Assembly (NCBI GenBank): GCA_030390025.1
Contig: CM059431.1
Coordinates: 153,576,001 to 153,640,000, forward strand
DNA from: Squalus acanthias
Taxonomy: Eukaryota
Length of the DNA stretch: 64,000 bases
Reading direction: 5' to 3'
The position numbers and the translations under genes were made by a program. This document shows, one piece after another, positions 38,324-49,719 of the stretch (its first letter is position 1; every line of letters starts with the position of its first letter). Below the pieces are notes generated by a model. That model was not told where the DNA came from and made no database searches. It saw only the letters and a list, made by a program, of their open reading frames with translations.

Positions 38324-39504
38324 TGTAGGCTTCGCAAAATCCCCCAGAAACTCGAACAGAGCCCTAAAGGGAGTGAGCTTTGGACATTTCATACAAACTT
38401 GGGATGATGGGGCCTAAGTGAAGTGATTTGATGTAAAAACCTAAAGATCAGGGAAGAAAAACCTGAGGAAACGGATTTTTTGGAATGTTACTGTTAAGAG
38501 AGACACCTTTCACAGACACAAGCTGCGAGGGGTGTGGCCGGGCAGTGAACAAATTCAGCTGTCTGGGAATTGTTTACATTACAAATCCTACCCAGGTGCA
38601 ACAGACAAAGCAAAAACTCAAAAACACATTCAAATATGGATCCCCAGGGGCAAACAAGATGCTGGAAATCTAAAAACGATTCAATGACAATATAACTTCG
38701 ATCACACAGTTTCATAGCCATTATCCCATCAAAAATATCAATCAACCAGGTATCCACAGAACAGATTTAACAGCCCGCCAACAGACCTAGGACAAAAAGG
38801 TGGAGATTTTGGTGCGTAGATAAGGCTGTGTTTAAATAGGAAAACGATCAAGTGTTGTTTAACACTGAGCAAAAACCATCGGAACTGGCAAGCCCGCCAA
38901 AAGCTAGAGAATTGGACTAAGCAAGGTTCATTTACAATCAAAAGGAATTCGTTTTAGTAAGGGTTTTTTGGGCGCGAAAAAGAAACAGTATAATTTGAAA
39001 GCCTGTGCCATAATCTCTCTCTCTTTTGGACAGGCTGACGACGCGGACACAGCTCTCTCCCTGCTCCAGCAAAACCTACCACAAGCCACGAGGAAGAAGG
39101 CCAGCACGCAAGAAGAAACCAGAGCGACTGCCTCAGTGACCGTCAGACACCTCGCAGCAACAAGGGCCTTCGGAGTCTTTTTAAACAAAAGACTCTAATA
39201 TCCTGTCAAGGATTCATTGGTGAGCATTATCCCTGATCTCCTGAAACCAAAAACCTAGCCAGATAGTGGGATCATTGGGAGCGATAAGGTTTTTTTTGAT
39301 ATATTGTCATTAAGCCTCGCTTGTAACGTGTGTTCCCCGAATGTGTGTTTAAGTAATAAGTGTGTTTCAAGTTTGTTACCTTTTTTTTAATAAAGTAAAA
39401 TTCTTTCATCAGAACCTGTTTACTGCAATTTTGTTCACAACCCCTAAATAAGTCCAAATTCCAGGAACCGGAGGAGTGTGGGAGCGATTAAGATACCCCT
39501 TAAA
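38324..39504 (+). mobile_element. Solo LTR copy 2
   Basis: TGTAGG...CCCTTAAA with CCCT TSD at the same satellite position as copy 1. Confidence 0.88.
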
Positions 39505-40724
39505 CCCTCTTTAAAAGGGGCCCCTGAAGGTGAAACTCCCTTTTTAAAAGGGACCCGTTATGGTGAGTCTCCCTCTTTAAAAGGGGCCCCTGATGGTGAG
39601 ACACCCTCTTTAAAAGGGTCCCTGATGGGGAGACACCCTCTTTGAAATGTTTTCTTGATGGAAACTATCCCTCTTTAAAGGGTCCCTGATGGAGACACTC
39701 CCTCGTTAAAAGAGTTTCCTGATGGAGGGACTCTCTTTAAAAGTTGTCCTTAAAAGGAAGATTCTCTTTAAAAGGGATCCTTGATAGAATGACTCCCTCT
39801 TTAAAAGTGTCGCTGATTGCGAGACTCCCTCTTTAAAAGGGATCCGTAATGGAGAGACATCTCTTTAAAAGTGGTCCCTGATGGCGAGACTCTCTTTAAA
39901 AGTGATCCCCGATGCTGAAACACACTCTTTAAAAGGGGATCCTGATGGTGAGACTCTCTCGTTAAAATGGATCCCTGATATATAGATGCCCTCTTTAAAA
40001 GGGGTCCCTGATCCATAAACTCTCTCTTTAAAACGCGTCCGTGATGTAGAGACACCCCCATTAAAAGGTGTACCTGATGCTGAGAATCTCTCTTTAAAAG
40101 GGGTTTCCTTAATGATGATATTCCCTCTTTAAAAGGGGTCCCTGATGGAGAGATTCTCTCTTTAAATGGGATCCCTGATGGTGAGTGTCTCTCTTTAAAA
40201 GGTGTCCCTGATGATGTGACATCCTATTTAAAAGCGGGCCCTGATGGTGAGACTCTCTCATTAAAATGGATCCCTGATGGAGAGATTATCTCTTTAAAAA
40301 CTGTCCCTGATGCTTAAACTCCCTCTTTAATAGTAGTCCCTGATGGCGAGACTCCCTCTTTAAAATTGTCCCTGATGGGGAGACACCCTAATTAAAAGGT
40401 GTCCCTGACGATGCGACTCTCACTTTAAAAGGTGTGCCTAATAGGAAGATTTTCTTTAAAGGGGCGCCTGATGGAAAGACTCTCTCTAAAATGGATCTCC
40501 GAGGGTGACTCCTTCTTTAAAAGCGCTCCCTGATAGAAAGACTTTCTCTTTAAAAGGGTCTCTGATGGTGAGACTCTCTCTTTACAAGAGATCCCTGATT
40601 GTGGGACTCACTCTTTAAAAGGGGTCCCTGGATTTGAGACGCTCTGCTTAAAAGGGATCTCTTTTAAAAGGGGTTACTGATGGTAAGACTCATTTTAAAA
40701 GAGCTCCCTGATGGAAAGACTCCT

Positions 40725-42660
40725 TGATAACTGCTGTGCTCTTACTGCACGCTTCTCTAAATTCCCTTTAAATGCCATCCCCAAAGTCTGTATTACTGTT
40801 TGGGGGTCTATACACCACTCCCACTAGCGTTTTCTGCCGCTTGGCATTTCTCAGTTCTACCCAGACAGATTCCACATCATCAGAGCTAATATCATTCCTT
40901 ACAATTATTTTAATCCCCTCTTTAACCAGAAATGCTTCCCCACCTCCTTTACCTTTTTGCCTATCTTTCCTGAATATTGAATACCCCTGTATGTTGAGTT
41001 CCCAGTCTTGGTCACCCTGGAGCCATGTTTCCGTCATCCCAATCATATCATATTCGTTTACCTTTAATTGCGCAGCTAATTCAGCCACCTTATTATGAAT
41101 GCTCCTCGCATTAAGACAAAAGGCCTTTAGGCTTGTTTTTTTAACGCTCTTCGACCTTTTAGAATTATTATTTACTGTAGCCCTGTTTGATTTAAACCCT
41201 TGATTTCTCTGACAGCCACCTTTGTTTTTTTCCTCCCTAACTTTTGCTTCTATCCTTGTTTCCCTTTACGCTGTCTCCTTGCTCAGGTTCCCAACCCACT
41301 GCCATTTTAACTCAAACACTCCCCCAGAGCACTAGGAAACACTCCCCCAAGCACTTCGGTACCGGTCCTGCCCAAACCGTCCGAAATGTACTGGTCCCAC
41401 CTCCCCCAGAACCGGTTTCAATTTCCCAGGAATTTTAAACCCTTCCCCTGGCACCATTCCTCTAACCACGTATTCATCTGAAATATTCGCCTATTTCTAC
41501 TCTGACTAGCACGTGGCACTGGTAGCAATCCTGAGTTTACTACTTCGGAGGTCCTATTTTTTAATTTAGCACCTAACTCCCTATAGTCAGCTTTTCGGAC
41601 CTCATCCGGTTTTTTATCCATATCGTTGGCTCCACGACAACAGGCTGTTCACCCTCAATTCCAAAATGTTCGACAGCCGCTCCGAGACATCCTTGACCCT
41701 TGCACCAGGAAGGCAACACGCCATCCTGGAGTCTCGTTTGCCGCTGCAGAAACGCCTATCTATTCCCCTTACATTAGAATCCCCTATCACTATAGCTCTA
41801 CCCATCTTTTTCCTCCCGTCTTGTGCAGCAGAACGAATCCTGGTGCCAGGAAGTTGGCTGCTGCTGCCTTCTCCTGATAAGCCATCCCCCTCAACAGTAT
41901 CGAAAGCGGTATATCTGTTTGAGAAGGGGAAGTCTACAGGGGACTCCTGCACTACCTGCCTGCGCCTACTACTCTGCCTGGTGTTCAACCATTCCCTTTC
42001 TACCTGTGCAAACTTTACCTGCGATGTGACCAACTGGTTAAACGTGCTATCCACGAGGTAATCAGAATCGCGAATGCTCCAGTATGCATTATTTCGCAGC
42101 TCCAGTGCCGCAATGCGGTCTGCCAGTAGCAGTAGCTGGATACACTTCCTGCACATATGGTCGTCAGGGACACAGGAAGTGTCCCCGATTTCCCACATAG
42201 TGCAGGAGGAGCATATCACGGCGCCGAGCTGTGTTGCCATGACTTAACCTTTAATTAATTGAACTTAAATTTAATCAAATCAATCCCATCAATTAAACTT
42301 TAATTAAATGATGTAGGGCCCTTGTTTACCAACTGTCCCCGCTACACCACAGAGACCCTCGAAACTATAAACCTCAAAATTTAAGTTTGGAAAAAGGAGA
42401 AAAAGAGAAATACTCACCAATCAATCACTTACCTGCTTTCTGGTGACATCACACTTTTATTATCTTTTACTTCTCTCTCTCCCGCTCTCGGAGCTCAGAT
42501 TGGTAAGCCTACCTGGTCGGTGCCACCTTATACTGCCGCCGCCTCTGTTGGCCTACCTGGTCGCTGCCGCCTTTTACTGCGGCCGCCTCGCCGCTGTCGC
42601 TCCACCCAGGTCCGCCGACTTTGAGTCAGCTAATGCCAAACTCGCAGTTTAACACTCTTT
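40725..42660 (-). mobile_element. CR1 5' part (5'UTR, ORF1, APE start)
   Basis: MATQLGAVICSSCTMWE...CRKCIQL...IVIGDSNVRGIDRRF; MTETWLQGDQ. Confidence 0.9.
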
Positions 42661-43504
42661 TCCGATCTGCACTCTCTTTTTAAAATGAGTCCCCGATGGT
42701 TAGATTCCCTCTTTAAAAGGGGTCCCTGATGGTGAGACTCCCTGTTTAAAAGGGGTCCCTGATGGTGAGACTCTGTCTTTAAAAGGGGTCCCTGATTGTG
42801 TGAGTCTCTCTTTAAAAGGGTTCCTCATGTTGAGATTCTCATTAAAAGGGGTCCCTGATAGAAATGCTCCCTCTTTAAAAGGGGTCCCTAATGGTTAGAG
42901 TCTCTCTTTAAAAGGAGACACTGATTGAAAGATTCTCTTTTTAAAATGTGTCCGCGATGGTTAGATTCCCTCTTTAAAAAGGGCCCCTGATAGAATGACT
43001 CCATCTTTAAAAGTGGTCCCTGATGGTGAGACTCTCTCTTTAACAGGGGGCCCTGATGGTGAGACTGCATCTTTAAAATGGGTCACTAATGGTGAGACTC
43101 CCTGTTTAAAAGGGGACCGTGATGGCGAGACTCTCTCTTTAAAAGGTGTCCCTGATGGCGAGACTCTCTCTTTAAAAGGGGCCCCTGATTGAACGACGCC
43201 CTCTTTAAAAGGGGTCCCTGATAGAAATGCTCCCTCTTTAAAAGGGATCCCTAATGGGGAGAGTCTCTCTATAAAAGAGGTCCGAAAGAAAATCTCCCTC
43301 TTTAAAAGGTGTTCCTGACGGTGAGACTTTCTCTTTAAAAGTGGTCCCTGATGCTGAAACATCATCTTTAAAAGGGGTCCCTGATGGTGAGACTCCTTCT
43401 TTAACAGGGTTCTCAAATGGGGAGACTCTCTCATTAAATGGGGTCCCAGATGGTAATACTCTCTTTTTAAAAGGGGTCCCTGATGGTGAGACTCCCTCGT
43501 TAAA

Positions 43505-46500
43505 GCAAGAGCGGTGAGGCGGCAGAGGCGGCGGACCTGCGAGGGAACAGAGGCACCGAGCGGCGATACTTAAGGTGTGCCCCGAGGCGGCTTACAAATC
43601 CAGGTTCCGGGAGAAGGAAGCAAAAAATATTCCTAGTGTGACGTCACCAAAAAGCAGGTAAGTGATTGGTTGGTGAGTGTTTTCTTTGTCAATTTTTCTA
43701 AACTTAAATTTGTGTTTTCTACAGTCTCTTTGTGTAGCGGGGACTCCTGTTAAGTTAGGGTCCTTGAGTATATACTTAATTCCAGTGTAATTGGTGGGAT
43801 CCATTTAATTTTAATTAATTAATTAATTAAAGGGTAAGTCATGGCAGGACAGCTCGGGGCTGTGACATGCTCTTCCTGCGCTATGTGAGAAATCAGGGAC
43901 ACTTCCTTTGTCCCTGACAACCATGTGTGCAGGAAGTGTATCCAGCTGCAGCTACTGCCAGACCGCATTGCGGTGCTGGAGTTGTGGATGGATGCATACT
44001 GGAGAATTCGCGATGCTGAGGACATCGTGGATAGCACGTTTAGGGAGTTAGTCACACCGCAGGTAAAGGGTGTACAGGCAGGAGGGAATGGGTGACCACC
44101 AGGCAGAGTAATAGGCTCAGGCAGGTAGTGCAGGGGTCCCCTGTGGCCATCCCCCTCTGAAACACATATACCGCTTTAGATATTGTTGAGGGAGATGGCT
44201 TATCAGGGGAAGACAGCAGCAGCCAACTTCCTAGCACCATCGGTGGTTCTGCTGCACAGGATGGGAGGAAAAAGAGTGGGAGAGCTATCGTGATAGGGGA
44301 TTCTATTGTAAGGGGAATAGATAGGCGTTTCTGCGGCAGCAAACGAGACTGCAGGATGGTATGTTGCCTCCCTGGTGCAAGGGTCAAGGATGTCTCAGAG
44401 CACCTACAGAGCATTTTGGAAGGGGATGGTGAACAGCCAGTTGTCGTGGTGCATATATGTACCAACGATATAGGTAAAAATCGGAATGAGGTTCTAAAAG
44501 CAGAATATAGGGAGTTAGGAAGTAAATTAAAGTATAGGACCTCAAAGGTGGTAATCTCAGGATTGCTACCAGTGCCACGTGCTAGTCAGAGTAGAAATAG
44601 AAGGATATTTCAAATGAATACGTGGCTAGAGGAATGGTGCAAGGGAGAGGGATTCAAATTCCTGGGGCATTGGAACCGGTTCTGGGGGAGGTGGGACCAG
44701 TACAAACCGGACGGTCTACACCTGGGCAGGGCCGGGACCGATGTCCTAGGGGGAGTGTTTGCTAGTGCGCTGGGGGAGGGATTAAACTAAAATGGCAGGG
44801 GGTTGGGAACCTGAGCAGGGACACAGAGGAAAGGGAAACATGGATAAAGGCAAAAGATAGGAAGGAGAAAAACAAAAGTTGCAGATAGACAAAACAACGG
44901 TTTAATCAAACATGGCCACAGTAAATACTAATTCTAATAGGTCTCAGAGCGTTAAAAAAAGAAGCCTGAAGGCTTTGTGTCTTAATGCGAGGAGCATTCG
45001 GAACAAGATGGATGAATTAGCTGCGCAAATAGAGGTAAACGAATATGATTTGATTGGGATTACCGAAACATGGCTCCAGGGTGGCCAAGGCTGGGAACTT
45101 AATATCCAGGGGTACTCAATATTCAGGAAAGATAGGCAAAAAGGAAAGGGAGGTGGGGTAGCATTGCTGGTTAAAAATGGGATTAACACAATTGAAAGGA
45201 AGGATATTAGCTCTGATGATGTGGAATCTGTATGGGTTGAACTGAGAAATAACAAGGGGCAGAAAACGTTAGTGGGAGTGGTATATAGACCTCCAAACAG
45301 TAATACGGAGTTTGGTGATGGCATTCAAAGGGAAATTAGAGAAGGGTGCAATAAGGGCACAGCAGTCATCATGGGTGACTTTAATCTACATATAGATTGG
45401 GCTAACCAAATTAGCAACAATACTATGGAGGAGGAATTCCTGGAGTGTTTACGGGATGGTTTCCTGGACCAATATGTCGAGCAACCAACCAGAGATCAGG
45501 TCATCTTAGACTGGGTATTATGCAATGAGAAAGGATTAATTAGCAATCTTGTTGTGCGAGGCCCCTTGGGGAGGAGCGATCATAAGATGATAGAATTCTT
45601 CATTAGGATGGAGAGTGAAGTAGTTAACTCAGAGAATAGGGTCATGACTTTAAATAAAGGAAACTACGATGGTATGAGGTGCGAGTTGGGTAGGATTGAT
45701 TGGGGAATGTCACTCAAAGTGTTGACGGTGGATAGGCAATGGCAAACATTCAAAGACCGCATGGACGAACTACAGAATTTGTTCATCCCAGTTTGGCATC
45801 AGAATAAAACAAAAAGGGTGATTCAACCATGGCTAACAAGGGAAATTAGGGATAGCATAAGATCCAAGGAGAGGGCATATAAATTGGCCAGAAAAAGCAG
45901 TAACCCTGTGGATTGGGAGCAGTTTAAGATTCAACAAAGGAGGACAAAGTGATTAATTAAGAAGGGGAAAATAGAATACGAGAGTAAGCTTTCAGGGAAC
46001 ATAAACACTGACTGTAAAAGCTTTTATAGATATGTGAAGAGAAAAAGATTAGTGTAATCAAGCATAGGTCCCTTGCAGTCAGAATCAGGGGTACTTATAA
46101 TGGGGAACAAAGAAATGTCAGACCAATTAAATACATATTTTGGTTCTGTCTTCACAAAGCAGGACACAAATAACCTCCCAGAGATGTTGGGGAACATAGG
46201 GTCTGATGAAAGGGAGGAACTGAAAGAAATCATTATTTGTAGGGAAATGGTGTTAGGGAAATTGAAGGGGTTGAAGGCCGATAAATCCCCAGGGCCTAAT
46301 AATCTACATCCTAGGGTACATAAGGAAGTGGCCCTAGAAATAGTAGATGCATTGCTGAACATCTTCCAACATTCGATGGAATCTGGATCAGTACCCATGG
46401 ATTGGAGGGTAGCTAATGTTACCCCAGTATTCAAAAAGCATGGTAGAGAGAAAACGGGGAATTACAGACCGGTAAGCCTGACATCAGTAGTGGGGAAAAT

Positions 46501-47866
46501 GCTAGAGTCCATTATAAAAGATGTAATAGCTGAGCACTTGAAAAACAGTGACAGGATCATACAAAGTCAACATGGATTTACAAAAGGTAAATCATGCTTG
46601 ACTAATCTACTGGAATTTTTCGAGGAAGTAACTGATAAAATAGATAAGGGAGAACCAGTGGATGTGGTGTATTTGGACTTCCAAAAGGCTTTTGATAAGG
46701 TCCCGCATAAGAGGTTAGCGTGTAAAATTAAGGCACATGGGATTGGGGGCAAGGTATTGACTTGGATAGAGAACTGGTCGGCAGACAGAAAGCAAAGAGT
46801 TGCAATAAATGGGTCTTCTTCCGAGTGGCAGGCAGTGACTAGTGGGGTACCGCAGGAATCGGTCCTTGGACCCCAGCTATTCACAATATATATTAATGAT
46901 CTCGACAAGGGAACTAGATGTAATATCTCCATGTTTGCAGACGACAGAAAACTAGGGGGGTGTGTGTGCTGCGAGGAGAATGCCGAGAAACTCCAGGATG
47001 ATTTGGACAGGTTGGGTGTTTGGGCAGAAGCGTGGCAGATGCAATATAACGTGGATAAATGCGAGGTTATCCACTTTGGTATCAAAAACAGAAAGGCAGA
47101 TTATTACCTGAATGGCAATAGATTGGGAGAAGGGGAAGTGCAACGAGACCTGGGTGTCCTTGTGCACCAGTAGCTGAGATAAGCATGCAGGTGCAGCAGG
47201 CGGTTAAGAAGGCAAATGGTATGTTGTCCTTAATAGCGAGAGGGTTTGAGTACAGGAACAAGGATGTCTTGCTGCAGTTGTACAGGGCCTTGGTGAGACC
47301 ACACCTTGAGTACTGTGTGCAGTTTTGGTCGCCTTATCTGAGGAAGGATGTTCTTGCCATGGAAGAAGTTCAGCGAAGATTCACAAGGCTGATACCTGGG
47401 ATGGCAGGAATGACGTATGAGGAGAGATTGGGTCGATTGGGCTTATACTCGCTGGAGTTTAGAATAATGAGAGGGGATCTCATTGAAACTTATAAAATTC
47501 TGACAGGACAGGACAAACTAGATGCAGGAAGGATGTGTCCGGGGAGTCCAGAACCAGTGGTCACAGACTAAGGATAAGGGGAAAGCCATTTAGGACAGAA
47601 ATGAGGAGGAATTTCTTCACCCGGAGAGTGGTGAACCTGTGGAATTCTCTGACACAGAAGGCAGTAGATGCCAATTCAGTAAATAGATTCAATAAGGAGT
47701 TGGATATATTTCTTAAGGCTAAAGGGATCAAGGGATATGGGGAGAAAGCAGGGACAGGGTACTGAATTTGGATGATCAGCCATGATCGCATTGAATGGCG
47801 GAGCAGGATAAAGGGGCCGAATGGTCTACTCCTGCTCCTATCTTCTATGATTCTATGATTCTATGA
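43505..47866 (+). mobile_element. Essentially full-length CR1 LINE (ORF1 43841-44790; ORF2 to 47765, with stops and frameshifts)
   Basis: GC-rich 5' end, ORF1 CxxC...CxxC plus SGNH esterase (GDSIVR, DGLHL), APE + RT, (ATTCTATG)n tail. Confidence 0.95.
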
Positions 47867-47899
47867 AGGTGTGGGCTGACCCCATTACCACCCCCTACA
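47867..47899 (+). repeat. Remnant 3' end of the 5' LTR
   Basis: GGGCTGACCCCATTACCACCCCCTACA matches the 3' LTR end GGGCTGACCCCATTACAACCCCCTACA (to 54545). Confidence 0.88.
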
Positions 47900-47901
47900 T
47901 A

Positions 47902-49719
47902 ATGGCGACCGCGGCAGGACTTTGGCGAAAGGGTTGTGAAGCAGTAAATGCTGGTTTTGAGGAGAGAACAAAAATGGAAGTGAGGATGTCATCCTATGTA
48001 TGTAAAAAAGTCAATATCACCAAGAAATGGGTCCTCAGTCTGTTGCATGCTGAACGTCCTATGGACGCTGCAGCTGCATGAACTGAGAGCAAGGAATACA
48101 ATAAGTCTGTGGAGACAGCCATATGGTTGGTCTGCTCCCAGAAGGAAATGCAGCTTATGGGGAAGCGCATTCAGGCTCTCACAGAAGAGCTAAAGGAAGA
48201 AAGCCAACTGTCCCGTGCCAGAGCTATAGCAGGGGACAGGTTGTTAGCAGAGCTGGACACAAAAGATCAGGAACAGTCACAGATGCTGGAGGAACACCGT
48301 GCCAGTAAGGGATACCTCCAGTGTCAGGCCACCGAGGCCAAAAGTAGTGAACTGGCATTGCGGGAAGAGAACACCCGCCTTGCCAAGCAATTAAGGGGAC
48401 TCACAGAGAAGTTAAACGATTTTCAGGCAGCTTACTGAGTAGCCAGTACAAGGGAGTTTGTGATAGGGGACCACGGCCCCTGTCAGAAGCAGATTGAGAG
48501 TCTGAACCTTGCTCTGTCCAAGACAAAAGGCCTGCTGTACCTGATAAGCCCGGGTGCGGCCCAGGTATACCTGGAGGAGCAAGGGGAGACTGTTCGACCA
48601 CCACCTGTGGCGCCAAGGAGAAGCTTGGTTAGGCAGCAGGAGGGGCAGACAATTTGTGAGGCTGACAGGGAGTGCACACCAGCACCTGTGGCGCCGACTT
48701 TTGTCTCGGTCTGGCAGCAGGGAGAGGGGGGCAAACCGATGCAGGAGAAGTCGGAGCCAGGGACAATGTGCCCAGCACGACAGCAAAAATTTGGCCCGCC
48801 CGCCGGTGGTGGAGGTCAGGGTCCCCTTGAAAATCAATTCTTGGCTCCCCACGGTACACAACAGCTTAGGGCTATGGTAAGCCACCTGAGTGAACATACA
48901 CAAAAGGAAGACCACTCAGTCCACTTCATGGAGGTGGTACAGGTGGCAGACATCAACGATTGTGATAATGCCGAGATGGCAAAAATGCTCCTGTTCTCAT
49001 TAGATGGCAAACGATACCAGTCCCTCTCGACTGAGAGCAAGAGAGGACAGAATGGGTATGCTGCCGTCAGAGAGGAGGTTTTAGAGGCCAGGGGAATGAA
49101 TGAGGGAAGTCCTTTCTCCCGGGTGGAGAATACAGTGCAGCTCGCAGTGGAGACCCCACAGGCTTTCGCAGACAGGCTGTGGCCGGTGTACAGGGGTGCT
49201 TGTAATGGGGCTCTCGACAGGGCTTACCTGAACGAGCTCGCCCACTGGCTCCGTAGCCTAGTCGCAAACAGCTTGCCACGAGTAAAAACCAAGCCTGAGC
49301 TTTGGTTTGACACAAGAGATCCCCGGGTCACCGAGGAGGCAGTGGTCAGGCAACTGACACTAGCCTACCGGAACGGTAGAGGAGCTGAAGACTCCCCACC
49401 GAAAGGGAAGGTGCATGAGATAAAGGCCAGTCAGGATAAGAAGGAGTGGCACCAGGAAGGTGGTAAACCTTCCGACACGAAGCGTAACTGCTTCAGGTGC
49501 GGGAAGAGTGGGCACTGGAGAAAGGACTATAGGAATCCCTGGAAGGATATGCTAACAAAGAATTCCACAGCTTTTGCCCCAACAGTCGAGGCACCGACCT
49601 CTTCCCGCACACTGCACACAATAGTAGCGGCCATCAGAGTCCTGTTTGGTGGCCCAGGGAAGGTAGCTACAGCCACTGGTGCATTAATCCCATCTGACCC
49701 CGCTAACGCACACCTATGA
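47902..49719 (+). pseudogene. gag: Gag (~605 codons, two in-frame TGA stops)
   Basis: ORFs 47863, 48109 and 48460 share one frame; coiled-coil N-terminus, capsid-like ETPQAFADRL, zinc knuckle CFRCGKSGHWRKDY (last Cys to Tyr). Confidence 0.85.
47903..47920 (+). promoter_or_regulatory. Primer binding site, tRNA-Arg(TCG)
   Basis: TGGCGACCGCGGCAGGAC is the reverse complement of GTCCTGCCGCGGTCG-CCA, recalled as the 3' end of vertebrate tRNA-Arg-TCG; 3 nt after the LTR CA. Confidence 0.85.

Larger units (their letters stand above)
31600..43500 (+). repeat. 33-bp satellite (CTCTTTAAAAGGGGTCCCTGATGGTGAGACTCC) in several blocks interleaved with CR1 pieces and solo LTRs
   Basis: Blocks at ~31600-32980, 34147-35137, 35430-35643, 37180-38323, 39505-40722 and 42670-43500; 11-aa periodic spurious ORFs (KGVPDGETPSL). 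Confidence 0.95.

Noticed and set aside
33137..39457. Short ORFs repeated in both solo LTRs as accessory genes
   Set aside because: Similarity reflects recent duplication; no motifs, and frames are only partly kept in the 53408 LTR
31590..43434. ORFs with 11-aa repeats (KGVPDGETPSL, HHQGPLLKRES) resembling a repetitive protein
   Set aside because: By-product of a 33-bp satellite; they appear in several frames on both strands and are broken by frequent stops
38324..47899. LTR at 38324 as the true 5' LTR of the provirus, split by 8 kb of insertions
   Set aside because: It has its own terminus and CCCT TSD, and its 3' end differs from the remnant at 47867; it is a solo LTR of a sister subfamily
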